Shown in pieces: positions 31,549 to 41,168 of a stretch of 64,000 nt of DNA (positions are counted from its first letter, which is position 1; each line of letters begins with the position of its first letter). Below the pieces are notes generated by a model. The model saw only the letters and a list, made by a program, of their open reading frames with translations, searched no databases and had not been told where the DNA came from. The stretch is taken from contig CBDCJH010000002.1 of NCBI GenBank assembly GCA_965217775.1, forward strand, positions 2,720,001 to 2,784,000. The letters run 5' to 3'. The DNA comes from Acidobacteriota bacterium. Lineage in GTDB: Bacteria > Acidobacteriota > UBA6911 > RPQK01 > JAJDTT01. A program made the position numbers and the translations under genes.

Positions 31549-32567
31549 AGTCAGGAGGGGTTGAATCGGACTCTCCTCGTAGCGGAAACCGGCCGAGGCG
31601 GACTGTGCAACGGACTACCGGTTGCCGCTCGGATGCCTCGACTCGGCGCAGAGCGTACGTCGGCGCCACCCCATTGGCAAGGTAGGAGGGAGGACATTCC
31701 TGTCCCCCGGAGGGGCGATTTCCAATCCCGACCGTCCCTCAGTCAACAACCATCAAACATTAACGGTTTCAGTCATTTTCCGGGTTCTTCGCCGAATCGG
31801 AAAAGTGTATGTCGATCCGGGGCATGCGACTGCCAAGGGCCTGCGCTCCTGGGCAGCGGCGCACCGGTGGCACAAGATCGCTCCGTCAAGGTCGCGATCG
31901 ACGGTTACCGCGCCTTGCAGGCGAAAGGTCATTTGTGACTCGATTCGGAAGGCGTAAAGGGGGGCTCGTGCCGATCCAGGAATGTGAAAAGGACAAGCCG
32001 GGTGGATTCACAAAAGGCAGTCCCGTCGATTCACCAAGAGGCTTTCCCCGATCTTTTTGCCTTTCATGCAGTTACGCCCATATCCCCAGATCCGCGGTGC
32101 CGATCGGGGGAGATCGCAGGTGGACGGGAGCGCCCCCCCTTTTTGCCTCCCGGATCGGCACGGCGGTGTTGCGCCACTTACATTTGCGCAACACCCCCTG
32201 GGAGGGTCGCTCCCGTCCCAAATATCCCTGCGGGAAGGCCCCTACGAAGAATACTGAAGGACTGTTGTGGCCATCCAAGGCGTCCGTTCCCCCAAGTGGT
32301 GCAACATGATCTATGTAGGACCACAGGCTACAAGTGCCACTGTGGTACGCTTGAAGGGTGAAGATTCTCCGCGTCTGCCAGAGCGACACCGGCAAGCTCC
32401 CTGAGATCCTGGTCGGGTGCTCCATCGTGTCACGCCCCGGCGGGGGGACTCTTGGACCGCCACCGTCCTCAAAGTCATCCAGTGGGGGGAGGATGCCGTC
32501 CTGGTCCGCTATCCGGGCAAAGGTTAGACTGGAGGAAGATAGATAACCTGAAGGACAGGAGAATAGC

Positions 32568-32798
32568 ATGAGCGAAGGAGTAACCATTGCGTCAACGATC
32601 GCGGGGACTTTGGCGAGTATGGGTGTGATGCTCTTGCTGATGAACAAGAGTCTGGATTCCTTCAAGAAGCAGGTCAGTGAACGATTGAGCCAATTCGATG
32701 ATCGGCTCCGCACCGTGGAAACAGGAATGGCGCGGATCGAAGGTGCCCTGTTCCATGGGGATGCTGCCCACCGGGAGGTTAAGGGATCGTCCCGGTGA
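32568..32798 (+). CDS. Small hypothetical protein (TM helix plus coiled coil)
   Basis: AGGAG RBS; DDRLRTVETGMARIEG. Confidence 0.55.
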   Translation: MSEGVTIASTIAGTLASMGVMLLLMNKSLDSFKKQVSERLSQFDDRLRTVETGMARIEGALFHGDAAHREVKGSSR

Positions 32799-33267
32799 TC
32801 GTCGTGATCACCATTGGGAGAGAGCTTGCTTCATGGGCAACTATTTCAACTTCGCAGAGTCTGCGCGCCACACTGGCACGGACTGGCCGCGAAACTATCT
32901 CTAAAGAATCGGGAGGGCTCCCCCGCCCTTTTAGTTTGCGCCGGCAGTGAGCCGGAACATCACCAGCGCGAGATATCCGCCCGACAAGTCCATCGTGCTC
33001 CAGTTGAAACTGGAACTCGGGCAATGGAAATCCCAGTAGCCGGGACTGGCCCCCGAGGGCCCGGTCTTCGACCCGGTCCCCGTGGGCGGCACTGGAGGCC
33101 CGCTTCGGCAAGGAAGTTCTCGAGGAAACCTCCATCGGCACGAACTTCTCACTCAAGGAGAGTCTCCTGAAGAACGGACCCCTGGCGGGGATTCGGGTCC
33201 TGGGTCCGAGAAGGGACCTGCTGCCAAGCCTGCTCCGGCAGGTTCGGGGGATTGCGCAGGAGCGTAG

Positions 33268-33576
33268 ATGAAGGAACCCAAGAAGGTCTTCCGGCCTCTG
33301 ACGGTTCAACAGTTCCGCGAATTGGTCGAGGCGGTGGACAACCCCTACCTGCAAGCCATGGTTGCGGTTATCGGCGGGACGGGGATTCGGAAAGGTGAAA
33401 CCTTGTCACTCACCTGGAAACGCGTGGACCTGAGTCGTCGGCTGCTGTGGGTGGAATTCACCAAGGACGACGAGGGAGATTCCGCAGTTCCCATGCGCTT
33501 GCCTGCATACGGGAGGCACAGGCGAACGAAGACACACAAACAAACCAGGCAACGGGTAGGAATCAGGGAGCAATGA
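33268..33576 (+). pseudogene. Tyrosine integrase fragment
   Basis: KEPKKVFRPLTVQQF...TGIRKGETLSLTWKRVDL..TKDD; matches the 51729-52562 integrase. Confidence 0.8.
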
Positions 33577-33620
33577 TTCAAGCGGAGAATTAGGATAACC
33601 TGTTGAAAAGAAAGGACCAA

Positions 33621-33654
33621 TCCCGTAGCTCAGTTGGACAGAGCAACGGATTTC
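33621..33654 (+). pseudogene. tRNA 5' half (tRNA-Arg-like) forming the element end; degenerate second copy on the minus strand at ~51590-51622
   Basis: CCCGTAGCTCAGTTGGACAGAGCAACGGATTTC has a D arm and 5' anticodon stem; no T arm follows. Confidence 0.75.
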
Positions 33655-33759
33655 CAATCGCCGCTCCCCTTCGGCGACAAGAGAGTCCCCGCTCCTGACG
33701 AGTGCTATGATTGGGGCCGTCTCGGACTGAACAATTCTCTTGGCTTCTTTCCGAATCCC

Positions 33760-34608
33760 ATGAAACTGACCCGCAGAAAAGTCCTCAAGGCCCTCGGAGT
33801 TGGTCTGGGAACCGGCTTCGTCGGACTGAGTGGAACTTGGCTGTATGCGACGAGAGTCGAAACCAAACGCCTGCGTCTCGAGCGCGTCCAGGTGCCCCTC
33901 CCAAGCTTGCCAAGCTCACTGGACGGCCTGCGGATCGTCCTGCTCAGCGACTTCCACCTCTACCCCCACACCCAGATCGAACTCATCGACGCCGCCGTAG
34001 AGATGGCCAACGAGTGCCGGCCCGATCTGGCCCTGCTGGGCGGAGACTACGTGCTCTCCACCGCCGAATCCATCTACGAGCTGGCGCCGGCCCTGGGCCG
34101 CCTGGACGCCCAGTACGGCGTCTTCGCCGTGCTGGGCAACCACGACCACTGGAAAAACTCGGATGCGGTGATCGACGGACTGACTCGCTCCGGCATTCAA
34201 GTCTTCATGAACGAAGGATTGACCCTGTCGGTCGGCCGCCAACCACTCTATCTGGCCGGCGTGGATGACGGATGGGTCCGTCGCCACGACCTGGAAAAGG
34301 CCCTGGCGAATCGCAACGGTGAGGACCCGACCCTGCTCCTGATGCACGAACCGGACTTCGCCGACGACTTCCTGGCCGACGGCCGGGTCCTGCTTCAGCT
34401 TTCGGGCCACAGCCACGGAGGACAGGTCCGCTTCCCCTTCATCGGCTCGCCCTTCCTGCCCCCGTACGGGCGCAAGTACGACCAGGGCCTGTACCGGGTC
34501 GGCCAGGGGTGGCTCTACACCAACGTAGGGATCGGGGTGACGGCCCCTCTGCGTCTGAACTGCCCCCCGGAGGTCACCGAGATCACGCTGGTAGCCCAAA
34601 CCGCCTGA
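33760..34608 (+). CDS. Metallophosphoesterase (YkuE/YaeI-like)
   Basis: SDFH, GGDY, LGNHD, MHEPD, SGHSHGGQ. Confidence 0.92.
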   Translation: MKLTRRKVLKALGVGLGTGFVGLSGTWLYATRVETKRLRLERVQVPLPSLPSSLDGLRIVLLSDFHLYPHTQIELIDAAVEMANECRPDLALLGGDYVLSTAESIYELAPALGRLDAQYGVFAVLGNHDHWKNSDAVIDGLTRSGIQVFMNEGLTLSVGRQPLYLAGVDDGWVRRHDLEKALANRNGEDPTLLLMHEPDFADDFLADGRVLLQLSGHSHGGQVRFPFIGSPFLPPYGRKYDQGLYRVGQGWLYTNVGIGVTAPLRLNCPPEVTEITLVAQTA

Positions 34609-34665
34609 TGCCCCGGCACTCGTGCTATCGTTGCCGCTGACGACACCTTCCGCGGAGGAACGGCA

Positions 34666-34890
34666 ATGGCAGAGCAGATTACTGTATCCGTCGATTCCGA
34701 TGTCGCCAGTGTCTACCGTTCGGCCTCAGACGAAAAGCGTCGCAAACTGGATCTGCTGGTCAACTTGCGTTTGCGTGATGCGACAGAGTCCAGGAAGTCA
34801 CTCAGTGACATCATTTCGGAAGTCAGTCGTAACGCCCAGCGGCGGGGACTGACTCGGGAGATATTGCAATCCATCCTGGACGGTGGATGA
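34666..34890 (+). CDS. Small putative antitoxin
   Basis: GGAGG RBS; C-terminal AQRRGLTREILQSIL; overlaps the PIN remnant. Confidence 0.55.
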   Translation: MAEQITVSVDSDVASVYRSASDEKRRKLDLLVNLRLRDATESRKSLSDIISEVSRNAQRRGLTREILQSILDGG

Positions 34891-34975
34891 CGCGCTACGT
34901 CTTCAAATACAACGTTATGTCAGCGCGTTACTCTTTAGCGATTCTGCGTCCGGGTGGGAGTTCACGGCCATCAAA
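34887..34975 (+). pseudogene. PIN toxin N-terminal remnant
   Basis: MTRYVF..N plus VSALLFSDS across a frameshift. Confidence 0.4.
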
Positions 34976-35212
34976 TCCGGGTTCGCTATCCCTAAGCCGG
35001 CGTCGCCGGAACCAAAATTTCTTCGCCGGAGCGGTGGCGTTCCAGTTCCCGGACCTTCAATTGGCCGCGTCTTGCTCCGCCTTGGATCGAAGAGGGCGCC
35101 CACAAGGGGCGCCCCTACGGAAAATTCTTCGTCCATTTGCACAAGATTTTGGATGTAAGGAACTATGAAATCTCATGCCGTTGCCGTCGCCTCCTCAGCT
35201 ACCTGAACCATC

Positions 35213-36709
35213 ATGAGCCCACTCGACATCGCGATCCTGGTCGTCTACCTGGCGTTTGTCGGCGGCTTGGCCTTCCACTTCTCCCGGCGTCAGAAATCGG
35301 CGGAGGACTACTTCCTGGCCGGTCGCAACCTGCCCGGTTGGGTCGTGGGCTTCTCCATCATGGGGACGATCGTGAGCAGCGCCACCTTCGTGGGCCATCC
35401 CGGCAATGTCTTCTTCAGCGACATGTGGGTCTTCGCCTATCACCTGGCCCTGCCGGTGGTGGTCCTTCTGACCGTGGGGCGGTTCGTGGTCTTCTACCGC
35501 CGCACGCTTCGAATGAGCCCTTACGAGTACCTGGGAACTCGATTCGGTTATCCCGCCCAGGCTTATGCTTCGGCTTCCTTCATCCTGAGCCGGGTCCTGG
35601 ACATGAGCCTGACCGTCTACTTCCTGGGGCTGGCCCTGGCCTTCGTCACTGGCTGGGACGTGTGGTGGGTGATCCTGGTGGTGGGCCTCCTGACCGTGGC
35701 CTATACCCTGGCGGGCGGCATCCGGGGGGTCGTCTGGACCGATTTCCTGCAGGGAATCCTGCTGGTGGGCGGAGGCCTGCTCTGCTCGGCCCTGATCCTG
35801 GGCCGCGGGGACGCGGGCCAGATCCTCACCACCGCCTGGGAGGGGGGCAAGTTCACCCTGGGAAGCTGGGAACCCAGCCTGATCGAGGACAATTTCTGGC
35901 TCCTGTTCGTGGGAGGGATCTTCCACTTCCTGCAGTCATTCGGGACCGACCAGAACATGGTGCAGAGGTACCTGCTGGCCCGCAGCGACCGGGAGGCCCG
36001 CCGCAGCGCCATAACCGGCATCCTCTCCTGCATCCCGATCTGGCTCCTGTTCATGTTCCTGGGAGGCCTGCTCTGGGCCTTCTACCAAGCCGACCCCTCG
36101 GCCCTTCCCCCGGAGGTCGGACAGGTCAAGGACAACATCATTCCCCACTTCATCATGACCGAGTTGCCGCCGGGGCTTCTGGGACTGCTCCTGGCCGGGC
36201 TGCTGGCGGCGGCCATGTCCAGCATGGACTCGGATCTCAACAGCGTTGCGGCAGTGGTGCTGCAGAATTTCTATCGCCGGATGAAACCTGGAGCCGCCCA
36301 GCGCAGCCAGCTCATGGTGGGCCGGGCCGGCGTCGTGGTCGGCGGGCTGCTGTCCATTTTCCTGGCGCAGCAGTGGATCGGAATCGAGTCCCTGGTGAAG
36401 TACTCGCTCGGTCTGGCTCTGGTCGTCTCGGGAGGAAAACTGGGTCTCTTCGCCCTCGGATGGCTCTTTCCGAAGGCCACGTCCAAGGGGGCCTACACCG
36501 GTCTCGCCGCCTGCGTGATGTTCACCCTCTGGGCCGCACTGACCCGGGTGGAGATGCCCAACAGCCAGAGCCCGTTGCTGGATCTGGGCCCCTACAACTT
36601 TCCCTGGATGCCCATGACCATCGGGATGATCGGGCATGTCCTGGTGCTGGCGGTGGGCTATGCCGCCAGCCGGTGGAAGAACAATAGGGAACAGGCTTCT
36701 TCGTCATGA
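35213..36709 (+). CDS. Sodium:solute symporter
   Basis: DYFLAGR, SPYEYL, GGIRGVVWTD, DQNMVQRYL, AAAMSSMDS. Confidence 0.92.
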   Translation: MSPLDIAILVVYLAFVGGLAFHFSRRQKSAEDYFLAGRNLPGWVVGFSIMGTIVSSATFVGHPGNVFFSDMWVFAYHLALPVVVLLTVGRFVVFYRRTLRMSPYEYLGTRFGYPAQAYASASFILSRVLDMSLTVYFLGLALAFVTGWDVWWVILVVGLLTVAYTLAGGIRGVVWTDFLQGILLVGGGLLCSALILGRGDAGQILTTAWEGGKFTLGSWEPSLIEDNFWLLFVGGIFHFLQSFGTDQNMVQRYLLARSDREARRSAITGILSCIPIWLLFMFLGGLLWAFYQADPSALPPEVGQVKDNIIPHFIMTELPPGLLGLLLAGLLAAAMSSMDSDLNSVAAVVLQNFYRRMKPGAAQRSQLMVGRAGVVVGGLLSIFLAQQWIGIESLVKYSLGLALVVSGGKLGLFALGWLFPKATSKGAYTGLAACVMFTLWAALTRVEMPNSQSPLLDLGPYNFPWMPMTIGMIGHVLVLAVGYAASRWKNNREQASSS

Positions 36710-36813
36710 AGGTTCCCGATGAACTGTTGCTCGAAATCCTTAGCGACTTTGTGATTCCGGATGTTGTCCTCCAAATCACCTAGAGGTCGAATGGTAGACT
36801 TCGGCTCAGTAGC

Positions 36814-37623
36814 ATGATCAATCTGCACGAACGGTTGTCGGAATTTTCTTACGGATATGGAGTTACTCGTGAGGTGGAAAACCTACTCGCCAACGCGGGA
36901 TGTCATGTCACGCCGTTTCTCCCAAGTCTGGTGCACGAAGCGAAGCTTGGATTTGATGTAAGCTTTAAGGATCCTGGCTTTATTCTCATGCTGCAGTTTA
37001 AGTTGGGTCAAGAACTTCAGCGGTTTCGCCGCTCGAATCACTCACAAAGCATCCCACCGTTGACGAAGCCATTTTGGCGCTTCGAAATAGATACTTCGGC
37101 GCGCCAGTTTAATAACTTGGTGGAGTTCGAAAACGCCGATGCGCATGTCTATTACGTCGCGCCGCGTTTCTCTGACTGGGTAGCCTATGAACAGGCTTTC
37201 CAAACTAGTCGTGTGCTTCATGAATCACTGATACTTAGGCCATCTGAGATTTTGCGCGGCATTCAAGCGCAGATCGAAAACACAGATGTCCATCGGATTG
37301 TGTACGATGAGACAAACTGCTATTTCTGCTCTGAGTTGTTCAAACTTCGCAGTGTGAAACAGCGTGAGATTTTGGAAAATATAGTCGAGCGAACATCGGA
37401 CGAAACCCTAGAAGAGAGTATCCAACGTCTGTTTGATTGCCTACAAACTGATTCTCGCGGTGAGATCCCCCATGCGCAACAGTGGGAGTATCGCAAACAA
37501 CCCTATGATCGTTCCAGACCAGATGTCGGCGCCAGGGCAGCGATAGTCGGAATGGAGGTCTGGATCCGCGGTGCTCAGTTGGTCTTTGTCACTCAGTCCG
37601 CATCTTGGAGGATAAACCAATGA
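36814..37623 (+). CDS. Hypothetical protein, possible PD-(D/E)XK nuclease fold
   Basis: Lower GC than flanks; E..LGFDVSF......LQFK pattern. Confidence 0.45.
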   Translation: MINLHERLSEFSYGYGVTREVENLLANAGCHVTPFLPSLVHEAKLGFDVSFKDPGFILMLQFKLGQELQRFRRSNHSQSIPPLTKPFWRFEIDTSARQFNNLVEFENADAHVYYVAPRFSDWVAYEQAFQTSRVLHESLILRPSEILRGIQAQIENTDVHRIVYDETNCYFCSELFKLRSVKQREILENIVERTSDETLEESIQRLFDCLQTDSRGEIPHAQQWEYRKQPYDRSRPDVGARAAIVGMEVWIRGAQLVFVTQSASWRINQ

Positions 37624-37829
37624 ATCCCAGTCAAGTGGACCGCCTCAGTCCGACCAAAAATGAGGCGTTCAGCCTTTCCGCATGAGCGGTTTTCGCGACC
37701 GGGCCCCAAATACTCGAGTTAGGCGCTAGAAGGGGACAGTCACTTTCTCGCTCGTTCTTTGTCGACATGGGGGGCGTCTTTCCGGAACTGGGCAGGGGTC
37801 GAGAGGATTCCGGGAGCTTTCCTCACTCC

Positions 37830-38153
37830 TCACATCTCATCCTGCCTTTGCGGTATACGTGCGACCCAGTCTGCCCCAGCAAATGTGACCGCATAAATGA
37901 GCACCTCGCAGGCTTTGTCGTCGACCGTAAAGGCTACGACGGCTTTTCTCCCGGCAGGGATCGCCCGCAAACCGGGTGCTATTTCGTTACGGATGGATCC
38001 CGTGTGAGGAGTTTGTGCCAAGCCCGCGATGGTCCATTCAATCTCGGTCAGCGTCCGATCAGCCGCCACAGACCCCGCGTAATCGAGGACCCATTGGACG
38101 ATGTCTCGAAGATCACGTGCCACCAGCGGATGGAAACGGATGCGGTACGTCAC
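37830..38153 (-). CDS. ParE/RelE family toxin
   Basis: YRIRFHPLVARDLRDI...PHTGSIRNEIAPGLR. Confidence 0.85.
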   Translation of the reverse strand: MTYRIRFHPLVARDLRDIVQWVLDYAGSVAADRTLTEIEWTIAGLAQTPHTGSIRNEIAPGLRAIPAGRKAVVAFTVDDKACEVLIYAVTFAGADWVARIPQRQDEM

Positions 38154-38419
38154 GTCTTCGGATCAGTCCCAATAGTGGCGCGAGCGGTTGAGAAAGCGTG
38201 ATCCTGGTCCACGAACTCGGAACGCGGTGTCTGCATGCGCATGCGGATTTCTTCGGCCAGAGCCGAAAGCGCTACGTTTCGCTCGGTCTCGTCCTGCATC
38301 ATCCGTTCGATGGCAGCCGCCACCGCAGCGCTCCGAGTAGCAAACACGCCTTGGCCCACCTTCTCCGAAAGGTACCGATGGTGGCGATCCGTAAAGCTGA
38401 GGGTCGTTTTGACGGTCAT
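38150..38419 (-). CDS. ParD-like antitoxin
   Basis: MTVKTTLSFTDRHH...GVFATRSAAVAAAIE; overlaps the toxin start. Confidence 0.8.
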   Translation of the reverse strand: MTVKTTLSFTDRHHRYLSEKVGQGVFATRSAAVAAAIERMMQDETERNVALSALAEEIRMRMQTPRSEFVDQDHAFSTARATIGTDPKT

Positions 38420-38565
38420 CCGCACCTCCTTGGTATGACTGAGTCATATACCACTTCGGCGGATCCGGCTCAAGAGGAGGAGAATTCTTGGTCGGGGCGC
38501 CCTTTGTGGGGGCCCTCTTCGGTCCAAAACGGACTGTGCCGGGCGGCCCGAAGGCGAGATAATGA

Positions 38566-39945
38566 GTGATAATATCTACTGAAGGGAAGCGAGTGTCAGG
38601 ACTCTGCGTTTGCGAGTTGTTCGACTCCCGAGGGCGGCCGTTCCGCAACCGGACCGGGACCGGAGGGCTGCACCGCATCCGCTTTATCCTACCGTTGGCC
38701 GTTCTGGCCTTGGTCTCATGCGGCGGCGAGACTTCGAAACAGGCCTCCTCGGACTGCGTCGAGTGCCACCGCGACGTGACTCCCGGCATCGTCACGGACT
38801 GGGAGTTGAGCCGCCACCACGCCGCGGGAGTGGACTGTTCCCTCTGCCATGGCGACCAACATCGCACGGCGGAAGACGTGGCGCTGGTGAAGACCGCAAC
38901 CCCCGATGTCTGCGCCACCTGCCATCCGATTCAGACGGAGCAGTTCCAAGGGGGCAAGCACGCCCTTGCCTGGGTCAGCATGAACGCCATGCCCACGACG
39001 CATTGGCTCCCCATGGCCATGACCGAAGGCATGAAGGGCTGCGGCGGCTGCCATCGAGTCGGGCTCAAGAGCGAGGAAGAGATCCAGCAGTTGAAGGCCG
39101 ACGGCGTCATGTTCGGCTTGGCGTCGTGCGATACCTGCCACACCCGTCACCTCTTTTCCGTCAAGGAGGCTCGTGAACCCCAAGCCTGCCGGACCTGTCA
39201 CATGGGAATCGACCATCCTCAGTGGGAGATGTACTCCTCGTCCAAACACGGCGTCCGGCATCTGCTCAAGCAGACGGGGATCCTGCCGGAACAGGCGGCG
39301 GCACCCACCTGCCAGACGTGCCACATGCCGCAGGGAAATCACGAGGTGCGGACGGCCTGGGGATTCCTGGCGGTGCGGCTGCCCATGCCGGAGGATCAGG
39401 AGTGGGCGGCCGATCGAGCCACGATTCTCCAGGCCCTCGGCGTCTTGGACCCAGACGGTAAACCGACGCCCCGGTTGGAGGTGGTCAAGCAAGCCGATGT
39501 CGCCCGGCTGACTCAAGAGGATTGGCAACACGAGCGCGACCGCATGATCCGAATCTGCGAGCAGTGCCACTCGTCAAACCTGGTGAAAGCGGAGCTGAAA
39601 AAGGGCGATGAGATGATTCGGGAGACCGACCGGCTGCTGGCCGAGGCGATTCGCATCGTCGCTTCCCTCTACCGCGACGGCATCTTGCGGAAGCCGGACC
39701 ACTATGCCTACGACTACCCGGATCTGCTGGCTTTCCACGACGCCCCCTCGACCATCGAACAGCGCCTCTTCAAGATGCACCTGGAACACCGGATGCGCGC
39801 TTTTCAGGGAACGTTTCACAACAATCCGGACTACGCGCTCTGGTACGGTTGGAGCGAGATGCTGCAGGACTTGACCGAGATCAGGACGCTGGCGCAGGAG
39901 TTGCGCGGCAAGCACCAGCCGCCGGTGCGGAGTTCCGCCGAGTGA
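38566..39945 (+). CDS. Octaheme hydroxylamine oxidoreductase-family cytochrome c (start uncertain)
   Basis: Eight CxxCH motifs; CDTCHTRHLFS, CHMGIDHPQWEMYSSSKHG, HNNPDYALWYGW; LVSC lipobox. Confidence 0.85.
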   Translation: MIISTEGKRVSGLCVCELFDSRGRPFRNRTGTGGLHRIRFILPLAVLALVSCGGETSKQASSDCVECHRDVTPGIVTDWELSRHHAAGVDCSLCHGDQHRTAEDVALVKTATPDVCATCHPIQTEQFQGGKHALAWVSMNAMPTTHWLPMAMTEGMKGCGGCHRVGLKSEEEIQQLKADGVMFGLASCDTCHTRHLFSVKEAREPQACRTCHMGIDHPQWEMYSSSKHGVRHLLKQTGILPEQAAAPTCQTCHMPQGNHEVRTAWGFLAVRLPMPEDQEWAADRATILQALGVLDPDGKPTPRLEVVKQADVARLTQEDWQHERDRMIRICEQCHSSNLVKAELKKGDEMIRETDRLLAEAIRIVASLYRDGILRKPDHYAYDYPDLLAFHDAPSTIEQRLFKMHLEHRMRAFQGTFHNNPDYALWYGWSEMLQDLTEIRTLAQELRGKHQPPVRSSAE

Positions 39946-40559
39946 CGGGTGAAGTCATCATCCTAAGCGTCCTGGGGATCGCAGCCCTCGCGGTGATCGC
40001 GGCGCTCGTCCGCCGGCCCGAGTGGACCAACGCCGTCGGGGGCAAGATTCTCGCGTTTCTTGCACTCTTGGCTCTACCGGGGCTCTTGCTTGTGGGCGGA
40101 GCCGGCCGACACTACGAACAGGCCAAGACGACCAGCTTCTGTCTCTCCTGTCACGTCATTCAACCCTACGGAGAGAGCCTTTACATCGACCATCCGCGGT
40201 TCCTTCCCGCCGTTCACTACCAGAACAAGCTCATCCCCGCTGACAAGGCCTGCTACACGTGTCACACGAGTTACACCATGTTCGGGGACGTGGACGACAA
40301 GATCCGCGGCGTGAGGCACGTCTGGCACAGCGTGATGGGCTCCGCGTCCGATCCGGTGAAGCTCTATGCGCCGTTTGAGAACCGGGCCTGTCTGGAATGC
40401 CACGAAGGAGCCAGGTCCTACGAGGAAAACACGGTTCACGCACCGTTTCGGACCGAGCTGATCGCCGGCACGAAATCGTGTCTGATGTGTCACAACCTGA
40501 TTCACGAGGTCACGAAACTGGACCGGTTCGGGCGCTGGGACCCGGAGGCGACGCCATGA
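39942..40559 (+). CDS. NapC/NirT-family tetraheme membrane cytochrome
   Basis: N-terminal TM helices, TTSFCLSCH, CYTCH, CLECH, CLMCH; GTGA overlap with the upstream gene. Confidence 0.8.
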   Translation: MTGEVIILSVLGIAALAVIAALVRRPEWTNAVGGKILAFLALLALPGLLLVGGAGRHYEQAKTTSFCLSCHVIQPYGESLYIDHPRFLPAVHYQNKLIPADKACYTCHTSYTMFGDVDDKIRGVRHVWHSVMGSASDPVKLYAPFENRACLECHEGARSYEENTVHAPFRTELIAGTKSCLMCHNLIHEVTKLDRFGRWDPEATP

Positions 40560-40768
40560 GCCGGATTCGGTCGCTGGGTTTGCGGACTGGACTCGCCGGT
40601 CGCCTCCAAATCGCTGGATTGCTGATCGCGGCCGGGATCGTGGTGGAGTTGGGAACCTTGTTCTGGAACCATCCGATCTCCCTGTTCCTGTTCCTGACCT
40701 TGGGAGCGGGTCTGGTCGGAGCGGGCATGCTTCTCTACTTGTGGTCTGTCGTAACCCGGAGCGAGTGA
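40556..40768 (+). CDS. Small two-helix membrane protein
   Basis: ATGA overlap; hydrophobic. Confidence 0.6.
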   Translation: MSRIRSLGLRTGLAGRLQIAGLLIAAGIVVELGTLFWNHPISLFLFLTLGAGLVGAGMLLYLWSVVTRSE

Positions 40769-40877
40769 CGCCAATTGGAGCCGGACGGGTCCGGCCGCGC
40801 TCTCCGAGGACCGGATCACGCTTGATACGAACGCGGCAATCGAGCAGAGAGAAGGGGACAGTCACGTTTTCGCGCTC

Positions 40878-41150
40878 GGTCTCGCTCGGTCTGGGCTGGT
40901 CGTCTCGGGGGGAACACTGGGCCTCCTCGCCCCGGGATGGCTCTTTCCCATGGCCCCATCCAAGGGCGCCTACACCGGACTCGCCGTCTGCATGCTGTTC
41001 ACTCTGTGGGCCGCCCTGACCCGGGTGGTGATGCCCAACAGCCAGATCCCATTGCTGGATCCGGGCGCCTACAACTTTCTCTGGATACTCATGACCATCG
41101 GGACGATCGGACATGTCCTGGTTTTGGTGGTGGGCAATGCTACCAGCCGG
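40878..41150 (+). pseudogene. Diverged 3' fragment of the 35213-36709 symporter
   Basis: SKGAYTGLAVCMLFTLWAALTRV..PNSQ.PLLD...IGHVLVL matches ~36400-36670. Confidence 0.85.
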
Positions 41151-41168
41151 GGGACGGACGGCGCGGAT

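Larger units (their letters stand above)
31717..33659 (+). mobile_element. Decayed tyrosine-integrase element 1 in a REP hairpin loop
   Basis: 11-bp direct repeat GATTTCCAATC at 31717-31727 and 33649-33659. Removal restores GGAGGGGCGATTTCCAATCGCCGCTCC. Contains an integrase fragment; ends are homologous to element 2. Confidence 0.8.

Noticed and set aside
33621-33700. Complete tRNA gene
   Set aside because: Only the 5' half is present; the sequence continues into a REP with no T arm or acceptor 3' strand.
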